The notes under the pieces: generated by a model | Seen by the model: the letters and a program-made list of their open reading frames with translations, nothing else | Database searches by the model: none | What the model was told of the DNA's origin: nothing | Shown here: positions 16,341 to 24,000 of the stretch, in pieces | Layout of the letters: every line of letters starts with the position of its first letter | Position numbering within the stretch: the first letter of the stretch is position 1 | Made by a program: the position numbers and the translations under genes | Origin: an uncultured Actinomycetes bacterium | GTDB lineage: Bacteria; Actinomycetota; Actinomycetes; Nanopelagicales; Nanopelagicaceae | NCBI GenBank assembly: GCA_903834145.1 | Contig: CAILHY010000028.1 | Location: 6,325-30,324, forward strand | Direction of reading: 5' to 3' | Length of the DNA: 24,000 bases

Positions 16341-17264
16341 ATGACTTTGGATTTATCGCTGCCAACTGCGCACGATGATTCGGAGGCACCCGGTAAAACA
16401 AGTAAATGGTTAGCCGTTGCGCCCATGGCATTTCTTTCGATGACCGTGGCGATTCCGCTGATCATCATCTTCGTGTATTCCTTTCTCGCCCGTCCGGAAC
16501 TCGGCGCAGGTGTTGTCTGGAAGTTTGATCCCACACACTATGTGAAGATTTTTATCCAGGACCGTTTGGATGGAACCCGCAGTTTTGATACTCGGTATTT
16601 AAAAGTTATTTGGAACTCTTTCTATTATTCGGGTATCACCACAGTTGCAACCCTCGTGCTTGCGATACCGATTGCAATGTGGATCGCGACTCGTGATCCG
16701 CGACGAAGAGTGTTGTTGGTTTTTCTCGTAACGCTTCCATTTTGGACAAGTATTCTCATTCGCACCTATGCAATTACGCAATTGTTGGATGAGAAAGGAG
16801 TCCTGGGCAAGATCGTCTCCTTTCTTGGATATAAAGGTCACTTCCAGATTTTGTACACGCCGACAGCCACAGTTCTTGGATTGATCTACACATTCTTGCC
16901 TTTCATGATTTTGCCTATTTACGCATCGGCCGAGCGTTTTGATTTCAGGTATGCAGAGGCGGGATACGACCTAGGGGCGCGGAAGATGACGGTTCTCTTT
17001 CGTATTGTTTTGCCTCAAATTTCCCCCGGGATCATGGCAGGCGTTGCGCTGGTCTTCATTCCCGGACTCGGTTCCTTCCTCCAACCAGACATGCTCGGTG
17101 GCGGTAAGACAAACATGATTGCAAATGTGGTGGCAAACAATTATGGACAGGCGCGTAACTGGCCCTTTGGTTCAGCCCTCTCGGTACTTTTATGTGTGAT
17201 CACTTTGGTCGCTACTTTGTTGCTCTCAGTTGCGGCCCGCAAGCGAAAGGCGAAACGAGTATGA
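16341..17264 (+). CDS. potB: ABC transporter permease, spermidine/putrescine PotB-like
   Basis: The 307-aa polytopic protein has a binding-protein-dependent transport EAA-type loop (ERFDFRYAEAGYDLGARKMTVLFRIVLPQISPGI). It sits in an operon with a second permease and a PotD-like binding protein. Confidence 0.8.
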   Translation: MTLDLSLPTAHDDSEAPGKTSKWLAVAPMAFLSMTVAIPLIIIFVYSFLARPELGAGVVWKFDPTHYVKIFIQDRLDGTRSFDTRYLKVIWNSFYYSGITTVATLVLAIPIAMWIATRDPRRRVLLVFLVTLPFWTSILIRTYAITQLLDEKGVLGKIVSFLGYKGHFQILYTPTATVLGLIYTFLPFMILPIYASAERFDFRYAEAGYDLGARKMTVLFRIVLPQISPGIMAGVALVFIPGLGSFLQPDMLGGGKTNMIANVVANNYGQARNWPFGSALSVLLCVITLVATLLLSVAARKRKAKRV

Positions 17265-18076
17265 GGACTCTATTTTCGCGCAATCGTTTAGTTAACTTAC
17301 GTAACTTCCCATTTTTCACAGCGATCTCCTACTTGGTGTACTTCATTCTCTACGTGCCATTAGTGCTGGTGATTATTTATTCCTTCAATCAAAATCGCAC
17401 CGCGCAAATTTGGACACGCTTTTCTACTCGTTGGTATACCGATGTATTTACCAATACTGATGTTGTTCGCTCATTGAAAAATTCATTGATTGTTGGCTCG
17501 GCAGCAACGGTCCTATCTACTCTGCTCGCTATTGCTGGCGCCCTCGGGCTCTTGCGTATGGGGCGAAAGGGGAGCACCTTTGCACTTGGTCTTTTAGGTG
17601 CGCCACTGATCATTCCTGAAATCGTTTCCGCAGTCGGAACACTTGGGTTTTTCTTATTTGTAGGGATACCACTCGGGCACTTTGGCCTTATTTTGGCCCA
17701 CACAGCGTTCTGCGTTCCCTTTGCCATGTTGCCGATTCGCGCCAGACTCGTTGCGCTAGATCGCAGCTCCTTTGAAGCCGCTGCAGATTTAGGTGCAAAT
17801 GAATGGAAGATTTTTACCTGGATCACCCTGCCCTTGCTTGCTCCAGGCATTATGGCTGGTGCCCTATTGGCTTTTGCTATCTCTTTGGATGACTTCATTA
17901 CATCGTTCTTCATTGCTGGTCCTGGTTCAACAACCTTGCCGGTCTACATCTTCGGCATGATTCGATCCAATGTGACACCAGCAATCAATGCTCTTTCAAC
18001 CTTGTTGTTACTCGTCTCAGGTCTTACCCTAATCCTGTCATACGCCCTTTCGACCCGAACTCAAGATAGGAAGTAG
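17261..18076 (+). CDS. potC: ABC transporter permease, spermidine/putrescine PotC-like
   Basis: The polytopic protein has the EAA loop SSFEAAADLGANEWKIFTWITLPLLAPGI. I set the start at the ATG at 17261, which overlaps the potB stop (ATGA). The ORF-track start at 17192 lies inside potB. Confidence 0.8.
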   Translation: MRTLFSRNRLVNLRNFPFFTAISYLVYFILYVPLVLVIIYSFNQNRTAQIWTRFSTRWYTDVFTNTDVVRSLKNSLIVGSAATVLSTLLAIAGALGLLRMGRKGSTFALGLLGAPLIIPEIVSAVGTLGFFLFVGIPLGHFGLILAHTAFCVPFAMLPIRARLVALDRSSFEAAADLGANEWKIFTWITLPLLAPGIMAGALLAFAISLDDFITSFFIAGPGSTTLPVYIFGMIRSNVTPAINALSTLLLLVSGLTLILSYALSTRTQDRK

Positions 18077-18079
18077 TAC

Positions 18080-19186
18080 ATGAAATTCTTTACCCGCAAG
18101 GTTGGCGTTGCGATCGCGCTCGCTGCTGTAGCAAGTCTTGGACTTGTCGCTTGCAGCAGTAGTTCATCCACAACGACAGCTTCATCGAGCACTGCTTTTC
18201 CTACCCCTAAAGGCGGAGAGCTAAACCTTTACAACTGGACTAACTACATCGATCCAGCTCAATTGAAAGCATTCACCGCCGAAACTGGCATCAAAGTGAA
18301 TCTCGATACATTCGATTCAAACGAGACACTCCTTGCAAAGTTGCAAGCAGGCGCTACGGGTTATGACGTCATTGTTCCAAGTGATTACATGGTTGCACAG
18401 ATGGTGACGCTTGGATTACTTGAAAAGGTTGATGTTGCAGGATTCCCTAATGGGAAAAACATTGATCCAAACTTCTTGAATGTTTACTGGGATAAGGGCC
18501 GCCAATACACGGCTCCTTATATGTACGGGACCACTGGTATCGCCGTCAATATGAAAGATCCAGTCGCCTCCAAGATCACTTCATGGAAAGATTTCTTTGC
18601 AGCCGCAAAGGGAACTTCCGTAGATGTGCTTAAAGATCAGACTGAAGTTGTTTCCGCTGCCCTTCGTGCAACGGGCGTAGCCGCTGCCGACCTTTGCACC
18701 ATTGATAAGACCAAGTACGCAGCAGCACAGAAACTACTCGATACATTCAAGCCAAAGGTTATTAACTCTGATGGCGGAATCGAACGTATGGTTAAAGAAT
18801 CGAGCATGGTTCGCATGGCCTGGAACGGTTCGGTTCACCGCATGACCGTTGATAACAAGAACATCAAGTATGTCTTCCCGACAGAAGGTTTGAACTTCTG
18901 GGCAGATAACTTGGCAATCGCTAAGGGTGCCAAGAATCTTGATAATGCAAAGATCTTTATCAACTGGATGCTCAACCCTAAGCAGGGGGCGGTTGCCACG
19001 AACTTCACAGGTTATGCCAATGCGGTTCTTGGTTCAGGCCCATTCATGGATCCAGCCATCAAAGCAGATCCTGCAATTAACACCACACCTGAGAACGCAA
19101 AGTTGGCAACACCAACTCCTAACTGCCCAACAGCAGCTCGCGATCTCTACACCGAAGTCTTTACGAGTTGGACTTCATCTCAATAA
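18080..19186 (+). CDS. potD: Polyamine-type ABC substrate-binding lipoprotein (PotD/PotF-like)
   Basis: A lipoprotein signal with lipobox is present (ALAAVASLGLVAC followed by a Ser/Thr-rich linker). The blocks LNLYNWTNYIDP and YDVIVPSDYMV are typical of PotD/PotF family binding proteins. AGGAAG lies upstream of the ATG. Confidence 0.8.
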   Translation: MKFFTRKVGVAIALAAVASLGLVACSSSSSTTTASSSTAFPTPKGGELNLYNWTNYIDPAQLKAFTAETGIKVNLDTFDSNETLLAKLQAGATGYDVIVPSDYMVAQMVTLGLLEKVDVAGFPNGKNIDPNFLNVYWDKGRQYTAPYMYGTTGIAVNMKDPVASKITSWKDFFAAAKGTSVDVLKDQTEVVSAALRATGVAAADLCTIDKTKYAAAQKLLDTFKPKVINSDGGIERMVKESSMVRMAWNGSVHRMTVDNKNIKYVFPTEGLNFWADNLAIAKGAKNLDNAKIFINWMLNPKQGAVATNFTGYANAVLGSGPFMDPAIKADPAINTTPENAKLATPTPNCPTAARDLYTEVFTSWTSSQ

Positions 19187-19202
19187 GTGCAAACTTCATA
19201 AG

Positions 19203-19243
19203 AAAAGGGCGGCCACTATATTGCAGTGGTCGCCCTTTTCTTA
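19203..19243. terminator. Bidirectional rho-independent terminator between convergent potD and potA
   Basis: The left arm AAAAGGGCGGCCACT (19203-19217), loop ATATTGC and right arm AGTGGTCGCCCTTTT (19225-19239) form a 15-bp stem with one G-U pair. The stem is flanked by A-runs and T-runs on both sides, so it can terminate transcription from either direction. Confidence 0.8.
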
Positions 19244-19260
19244 TGAAGAAATATTTAGTT

Positions 19261-20340
19261 TTATGAAGCAAGAACGCGAATAGTTCCTTCGATTGCGCCG
19301 AGTTGTACCTCGATACCTCGCTCTGGAACTGAAACTCCGTGAGAAGGTAAGACAGCAACAACTTCTTCGGATCCGATAGTGACATGTACGCGAACAGCGC
19401 TTCCCGTGAAGATCACATCGCGAACAACTCCGGCAAGGATTCCTTGGTTTTGCGTGATGATGAGATCCTCGGGACGGATAGCGACAACGGAGGATCCATT
19501 TTCTCCGATGATGGCGTTTTCAGCCAGAGATTGCACAGGTACGACCTGGCCATTGATGGACACAACTCCAGCATGGATTTCGCAGGGGAATAGATTAGTT
19601 TCGCCAATGAAATCAGCAACAAATCGATTTGCAGGATTGCGGTACATCTCGCGAGGTGTATCTAGTTGAACGACTTCCCCTTCGGAAAATACTGCGATGC
19701 GATCGCCCATGGACATCGCTTCTTCTTGATCGTGCGTGACGAATACAAAAGTGATACCCGTGTCTTGTTGCAATCTTTTGAGTTCCACTTGCATGCCGCG
19801 TCGTAGCTTGAGATCAAGTGCCGACAGTGGCTCATCAAGGAGAAGCACTCGAGGCCCTTTAATAAGGGCGCGACCAAGGGCAACACGTTGTTGTTGGCCA
19901 CCGGAGAGCTGTGAAGGTTTGCGTCGACCGTAACCCGTGAGCTTTATTTGAATGAGAGTGGTTTCAACTCGTTGGGCTATTTCTTCTTTACTTAATTTTT
20001 CCATCTCTAAACCGAAGGCAATATTTTCAGCAACACTCATATGGGGAAAGAGTGCATAGGACTGGAAAACTGTATTAACCGGACGGGCATAGGCAGGTTT
20101 GTCATCGATGCGGGCTCCATCGAGCAGGATCTCCCCGCTATCGGGATATTCAAGTCCGGCAATGGTGCGAAGGAGCGTTGTCTTACCGCATCCCGATGGA
20201 CCCAGCAGGACGATAAATTCACCTTGCGTAATATCTAGCGAGACGCCTTTGAGAGCTTGGACAGATCCGCCCTCTGGTGTTGCGTAGGTCTTGCTTACAT
20301 TTCGAATCTCAAGAAGCGGTTGGGTCATGGGAGAGTTCAC
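19261..20340 (-). CDS. potA: ABC transporter ATP-binding protein, spermidine/putrescine PotA-like
   Basis: Walker A is GPSGCGKTT, the signature is [15 protein letters not shown], Walker B is [12 protein letters not shown] and the H-loop is VTHDQ. A C-terminal TOBE-like domain is present. The start is GTG at 20340 or ATG at 20328. Confidence 0.85.
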   Translation of the reverse strand: MNSPMTQPLLEIRNVSKTYATPEGGSVQALKGVSLDITQGEFIVLLGPSGCGKTTLLRTIAGLEYPDSGEILLDGARIDDKPAYARPVNTVFQSYALFPHMSVAENIAFGLEMEKLSKEEIAQRVETTLIQIKLTGYGRRKPSQLSGGQQQRVALGRALIKGPRVLLLDEPLSALDLKLRRGMQVELKRLQQDTGITFVFVTHDQEEAMSMGDRIAVFSEGEVVQLDTPREMYRNPANRFVADFIGETNLFPCEIHAGVVSINGQVVPVQSLAENAIIGENGSSVVAIRPEDLIITQNQGILAGVVRDVIFTGSAVRVHVTIGSEEVVAVLPSHGVSVPERGIEVQLGAIEGTIRVLAS

Positions 20341-20371
20341 TTACCTATTATTGACAAGGCGCGCGCCATGG

Positions 20372-21913
20372 TCAAGATTGTGAAATCTTCGTTTTGCGGG
20401 GAGTCGCGAAGGATTTGCCAACGGCCGTAAGTTCTTCGCTGACCTGCTTTTTGATGTTCTCTTCACTTTTGAGCAAGGTTACCAGCGCTGAAATCGTAGA
20501 TTTGAGATCCTTTTGCTCAGATTCCAATTCCAACTTGGACATCTTGGTCAATCTTCGAAGTGGCATATCTAAAATGTACGTGGCTTGTTCGTCGTTGAGT
20601 TTGAATCCTTTGATTAAAGCTTCTTTTGCTTGAGCAGCATCATCGCTTCCACGAATAATCTTGATGACCTTATCGATATCAATGATCGCTTTAAGGAGTC
20701 CATCGACCAAGGTAAGACGGGAAGTTGCTTTTGCTTTACGGAATTCTGACCTGCGACGAACAACCTCAATGCGGTGGGCGATAAAGACCTGAAGCAATTC
20801 TTTGAGCCCGAGTGTTTGTGGTTTACCTTTCACTAGCGCCACTGCATTGATAGCAAAGGCATCTTCCATGGGAGTGAGTTTGTAGAGTTGTTCCAGAACC
20901 GCTTCGGGTTCAAATCCATTCTTTAATTCAATGACAACATTGGTACCTGTTTTGCCATCGGTGAGGTCGATGATGTCAGAGATACCCTGAATCTTCTTCG
21001 CCTTTGCTAGATCGGCGATACGTTCGACAACTTTTTCTGGTCCGATCGTAAATGGAAGTTCCTTGATGGTGATACCCATTTTGCGCGAGGTAACTTTGCT
21101 GATTTCAACAGTTGCACGGACTTTGAAGCTACCTTTGCCTGTTGCGTAGGCTTCTCTAACGCCTTCGACTCCGACGAGTTCGCCACCTGTTGGAAAATCC
21201 GGTCCAGGAATGAATTTCATGAGTTGTTTGAGTGTTGCTGTTGGGTTTTCGATTAAGAACTTTGTAGCAGCGATCACTTCGCCCAGGTTATGTGGCGCCA
21301 TGTTGGTTGCCATACCCACTGCGATTCCCGAACCGCCGTTGACAAGCAAGTTGGGGTAAGCCGCAGGCAGAACCAGGGGCTCCATAATTTGTCCGTCGTA
21401 GTTGGATCCAAAATCGACAGTGTCTTCATCTGCTTCGGCAACCATTGCCATTGCAGGTAGCGCCAGGCGAGCTTCGGTGTAGCGCATTGCGGCAGGGCCG
21501 GCATCGAGTGAACCGAAGTTTCCATGCCCATCAATAAGGGGCAGCCGCATGGAAAACGACTGGGCCATCCGAACGAGGGCGTCGTAGATCGCGCCATCAC
21601 CGTGAGGGTGCAACTTTCCCATAACTTCACCAACCACACGAGCGCTCTTTACGTGGCCACGTTCTGGTCTAAGGCCCATGTCGGCCATCTGATGAAGAAT
21701 TCTGCGGTGAACTGGTTTCAATCCATCACGTGCATCAGGAAGCGCACGTGAGTAGATGACTGAATACGCATACTCAAGAAATGATTCCGACATTTCCGAG
21801 GAGACATCGATATCTACGATCTTGCCGGGGAATTCTCCTGGCTTGGGACCAACAGGTTTCTTGCCTTTGGTCGCGCTTTTCTTTACAGGAGATGAACTTT
21901 TCGCATTAGCCAT
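20372..21913 (-). CDS. parC: Type IIA DNA topoisomerase A subunit (ParC/GyrA-like), N-terminal breakage-reunion domain only
   Basis: Conserved blocks are YSVIYSRALPDARDGLKPVHRRIL and HPHGDGAIYDALVRMAQ. The catalytic Tyr lies in GPAAMRYTEARL, followed by LLVNGGSGIAVGMATNMAPHNL and the coiled-coil region. The ORF ends at ...FATPRKTKISQS, the position where the C-terminal beta-pinwheel domain normally begins. It is 513 aa, against roughly 750-850 aa for canonical ParC/GyrA. Confidence 0.85.
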   Translation of the reverse strand: MANAKSSSPVKKSATKGKKPVGPKPGEFPGKIVDIDVSSEMSESFLEYAYSVIYSRALPDARDGLKPVHRRILHQMADMGLRPERGHVKSARVVGEVMGKLHPHGDGAIYDALVRMAQSFSMRLPLIDGHGNFGSLDAGPAAMRYTEARLALPAMAMVAEADEDTVDFGSNYDGQIMEPLVLPAAYPNLLVNGGSGIAVGMATNMAPHNLGEVIAATKFLIENPTATLKQLMKFIPGPDFPTGGELVGVEGVREAYATGKGSFKVRATVEISKVTSRKMGITIKELPFTIGPEKVVERIADLAKAKKIQGISDIIDLTDGKTGTNVVIELKNGFEPEAVLEQLYKLTPMEDAFAINAVALVKGKPQTLGLKELLQVFIAHRIEVVRRRSEFRKAKATSRLTLVDGLLKAIIDIDKVIKIIRGSDDAAQAKEALIKGFKLNDEQATYILDMPLRRLTKMSKLELESEQKDLKSTISALVTLLKSEENIKKQVSEELTAVGKSFATPRKTKISQS

Positions 21914-21939
21914 GGCGGTGATTATGCCAAGGCATGAGG

Positions 21940-22833
21940 TTAAATCGCGGTAGTGACCTGCGGTCTGGCCCCAACGATTGCAACACAGCGCCCCGCCACT
22001 TCGATAGCGGCCTTCATAGCGCTCTCAACTTCGTGATTTCCCAGCCATGATGCTATGTACCCACCAGCAAATGAGTCTCCGGCTCCCGTGGAATCAACAA
22101 GAATCGCATGTGCTGCGGGAAATGAATGTGCACAACCATGTCGATCTTTGCCAATGGCACCCTCGCCTCCACGTTTGATAATCACAGTCGGCGTCATGGT
22201 AAGAAGTTCTTCAAGGGCTTGGATTAATTCACTCTTATTGGAAAGATATTTTGCTTCTTCCTCATTCATGATGAGGGTGGACATCAAGGGAAGCCAACTG
22301 CGCACTTCTTCAAAAGGTGCTTGGTTCATTCCACCAATAGTCGTGGGGTCAAAAAATATCGGCAACCCTTTATTGTTAATCGCCTCCACCATGCTTAATA
22401 CCCCGGGCCGAGATTGTGAATTCAAGAGTGCATAACCAGAGAGATAGACGGCATCAAAGTTCGAAAGATCGGGTAGGTCTGCCAAGGTAAGACCAGCATT
22501 TGCCGCAGTTTCAGGGAACATGGTGCGCTCTCCTGTGGGATCTACCAAGATGACAACTACCCCTGTACGAACTCCCTCGATAACCGCATCACCATGTTCG
22601 ACACCCAGGCGATCGAGGTCACTAAGAACAGCCACCCCTGCAGGGTCATTTCCCACTCGTGCAAGAACGTAAGAATCGACCCCACAGGCTTTAATCCAGG
22701 AGGCGACATTTCCACCGGCGCCACCACTGTGAGTGGATACTTGGGAAGGTGTGTCACTTCCGTAATTGATAGCGGCAGGAACAAGTGCAATGACATCGAG
22801 CATGACATCCCCGATGCAGAGCACTTTTGGCAT
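21940..22833 (-). CDS. PfkB-family carbohydrate/nucleoside kinase, probable pseudouridine kinase
   Basis: Ribokinase-like motifs are present: GGAGGNVA near the N-terminus and the PfkB signature DSTGAGDSFAGGYI near the C-terminus. The gene starts 5 nt downstream of psuG, matching the known psuG-psuK pairing. Confidence 0.75.
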   Translation of the reverse strand: MPKVLCIGDVMLDVIALVPAAINYGSDTPSQVSTHSGGAGGNVASWIKACGVDSYVLARVGNDPAGVAVLSDLDRLGVEHGDAVIEGVRTGVVVILVDPTGERTMFPETAANAGLTLADLPDLSNFDAVYLSGYALLNSQSRPGVLSMVEAINNKGLPIFFDPTTIGGMNQAPFEEVRSWLPLMSTLIMNEEEAKYLSNKSELIQALEELLTMTPTVIIKRGGEGAIGKDRHGCAHSFPAAHAILVDSTGAGDSFAGGYIASWLGNHEVESAMKAAIEVAGRCVAIVGARPQVTTAI

Positions 22834-22838
22834 GGAAG

Positions 22839-23753
22839 TTATTCTGCGCTAGCTACTGCTATGTCAGCAGCAAGTGCCGAATTTGATTTAATAATTTCAA
22901 TATTTACCGCAAGGGATTCACCCTCACTGGCGGTATGAAAATGCTCAAGTAAGAATGGTGTGACTGCTTTACCAGTGACATTTTCCGCTTTCGCTTTCGC
23001 TAATCCGCTAGCGAGAATTGCATCATGACGAGCATGATCCATTTCTTTCACCACGGGGTTAGCAACAATTAGCGCAGAATTATTGGTGCCAATCAGGGCG
23101 CGCGATTTCACGATATCTGCAATCTCTCGTGCACTCTCTACCCGATGCTCCAGAGTGAAACCTGAATCGGTGAAGTAGAAGCCCGGGAAGTGGGTGGTTT
23201 TGAAACCAACGACAGCGATAGCAAGTGACTCCAGGCGCTCCAACGTGGCGCCGATATCGAGAATCGATTTCACCCCCGCACAGATCACTGTGACGTCCAA
23301 GTGAGAAAGGGCGGTCAGATCTGCAGACTCATCAAATGACTCATTTGCTCCTTGATGGACACCACCTAAACCGCCTGTCGCAAATACATTGATTCCAGCC
23401 TGTACAGCAAGGTGAGCAGTGGCGGCAACGGTGGTCGCTGCGCTTTTGCCTTGTGCCACAACAACTGCAAGGTCGCGACTGGATGCCTTGACGATGTCAT
23501 CCCTAGTGGCAATTGCAATAAGTTCTGAATCAGAGAGTCCGATATGAATCACTCCGTCGATGACGGCAATGGTTGCTGGTGTTGCTCGGCGAGCTCGGAT
23601 GATTTCTTCAACTTCACGGGCAACTTCAAGATTTTGTGGACGCGGAAGCCCGTGGCTGATAATCGTTGACTCGAGGGCGACGATCGGAGTGCCGTTTTCG
23701 CGTGCCAGGCGAACTTCTTCGGAATACTTTATTGGAGAAATACTTTTGCTCAT
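22839..23753 (-). CDS. psuG: Pseudouridine-5'-phosphate glycosidase
   Basis: The match to remembered E. coli YeiN/PsuG blocks is strong: PIVALESTIISHGLP, PATIAVIDG, VFATGGLGGVH, FDESADLTAL and VTVICAGVKSILD. I set the start at the ATG at 23753 (MSKSISPIKYSEEV). The ORF-track extension to 23933 adds 60 non-conserved residues. Confidence 0.9.
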   Translation of the reverse strand: MSKSISPIKYSEEVRLARENGTPIVALESTIISHGLPRPQNLEVAREVEEIIRARRATPATIAVIDGVIHIGLSDSELIAIATRDDIVKASSRDLAVVVAQGKSAATTVAATAHLAVQAGINVFATGGLGGVHQGANESFDESADLTALSHLDVTVICAGVKSILDIGATLERLESLAIAVVGFKTTHFPGFYFTDSGFTLEHRVESAREIADIVKSRALIGTNNSALIVANPVVKEMDHARHDAILASGLAKAKAENVTGKAVTPFLLEHFHTASEGESLAVNIEIIKSNSALAADIAVASAE

Positions 23754-23790
23754 GGCTCCACGATAGTGGATTTGATGGGATGATTGCACG

Positions 23791-24000
23791 GTGCATTTAG
23801 CAGATATCGGCTCATCCATTTTTTCTAGTTTAGGACTAGTCGACACACAAGATCTTCTCGATTGCGGAACAAGTCCAGCAGGCCGCGAATGTTTGTTTCT
23901 CGTAGATGGTTTAGGTGCCGAAGTAATTTCCACTTACGCAGATCTTCTTCCAACCTTGTCCAATTTCAAGTATTTTTCCCCTGTTGAAACCTCATTTCCA
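23791..24000 (+). CDS. Nucleotide pyrophosphatase/phosphodiesterase (alkaline-phosphatase superfamily) protein, N-terminal 70 aa; continues beyond the right edge
   Basis: My own translation from the GTG at 23791 gives VHLADIGSSIFSSLGLVDTQDLLDCGTSPAGRECLFLVDGLGAEVISTYADLLPTLSNFKYFSPVETSFP. The pattern L.D..PS...LG, then LVDGLG, then SFP(STT) is typical of actinobacterial PF01663-type proteins. The frame is open to the window end, and an in-frame stop lies at 23773. Confidence 0.5.
   Translation, partial: MHLADIGSSIFSSLGLVDTQDLLDCGTSPAGRECLFLVDGLGAEVISTYADLLPTLSNFKYFSPVETSFP

Noticed and set aside
17389-17913. A 174-aa minus-strand ORF inside potC.
   Set aside because: It is antisense to a well-supported permease gene, has low-complexity Ala/Ser/Pro/Lys composition and shows no motifs.
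20351-20367. A GGCGCGCGCC palindrome and a TTGACA hexamer in the parC-potA spacer, considered as a recombination scar, operator or promoter.
   Set aside because: The 10-bp palindrome is too short to distinguish from chance. TTGACA is on the non-transcribed (plus) strand relative to potA. It is kept only as a place to check assembly integrity in the ParC finding.
23754-23933. A 60-codon N-terminal extension of the psuG ORF.
   Set aside because: It has no similarity to PsuG, whose conserved region begins right after MSKSISP. It would also overlap the divergent plus-strand ORF starting at 23791.
1-24000. A scan for CRISPR arrays, tRNA/rRNA genes, IS elements or transposases, integrases, toxin-antitoxin pairs and known phage-defence genes.
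   Set aside because: I found no spaced direct repeats, cloverleaf-capable intergenic segments, DDE or tyrosine-recombinase motifs, or terminal inverted repeats. The intergenic space is too small to hide such elements.

Overview
This 24-kb window is gene-dense chromosomal DNA with about 24 CDS on both strands. I found no rRNA, tRNA, CRISPR array or transposase.

It most likely comes from a moderately low-GC, streamlined actinobacterium. That is an inference from several features: DUF4192- and DUF7455-like proteins flanking an HrdB/SigA-type principal sigma factor, a SAM-IV riboswitch, and Streptomyces-like hrdB-parE...parC synteny. All calls rest on my own motif reading of the translations. 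No BLAST or HMM search was possible.

Gene order, left to right:
- NUDIX hydrolase (partial, -)
- secreted PKD-domain protein
- DUF4192 protein
- SAM-IV riboswitch followed by metX
- sigA/hrdB with a Lys/Ala-rich tail
- CDGSH Fe-S miniprotein
- small Cys/His protein (-)
- parE-like type IIA topoisomerase B subunit
- a roughly 12-kb variable block between parE and parC, containing:
  - metallophosphoesterase, homocysteine S-methyltransferase, TauE/SafE permease
  - a glycyl-radical activase plus a short YjjI/HI0521-type putative glycyl-radical enzyme
  - an AguB-like C-N hydrolase, an Amidohydro_3 enzyme, and potB/potC/potD with a convergent potA
- parC-like A subunit that stops exactly at the end of its N-terminal domain
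- PfkB kinase and psuG
- a partial phosphodiesterase-family gene at the right edge

Best candidates for undescribed biology:
1. The orphan YjjI/YjjW-type glycyl-radical pair sits in a sulfur/one-carbon context. Its family has no known substrate.
2. The ParC subunit lacks the C-terminal beta-pinwheel domain.
3. A polyamine-type ABC importer is fused in an operon with an AguB-like hydrolase and an Amidohydro_3 enzyme, with no AguA in the window.
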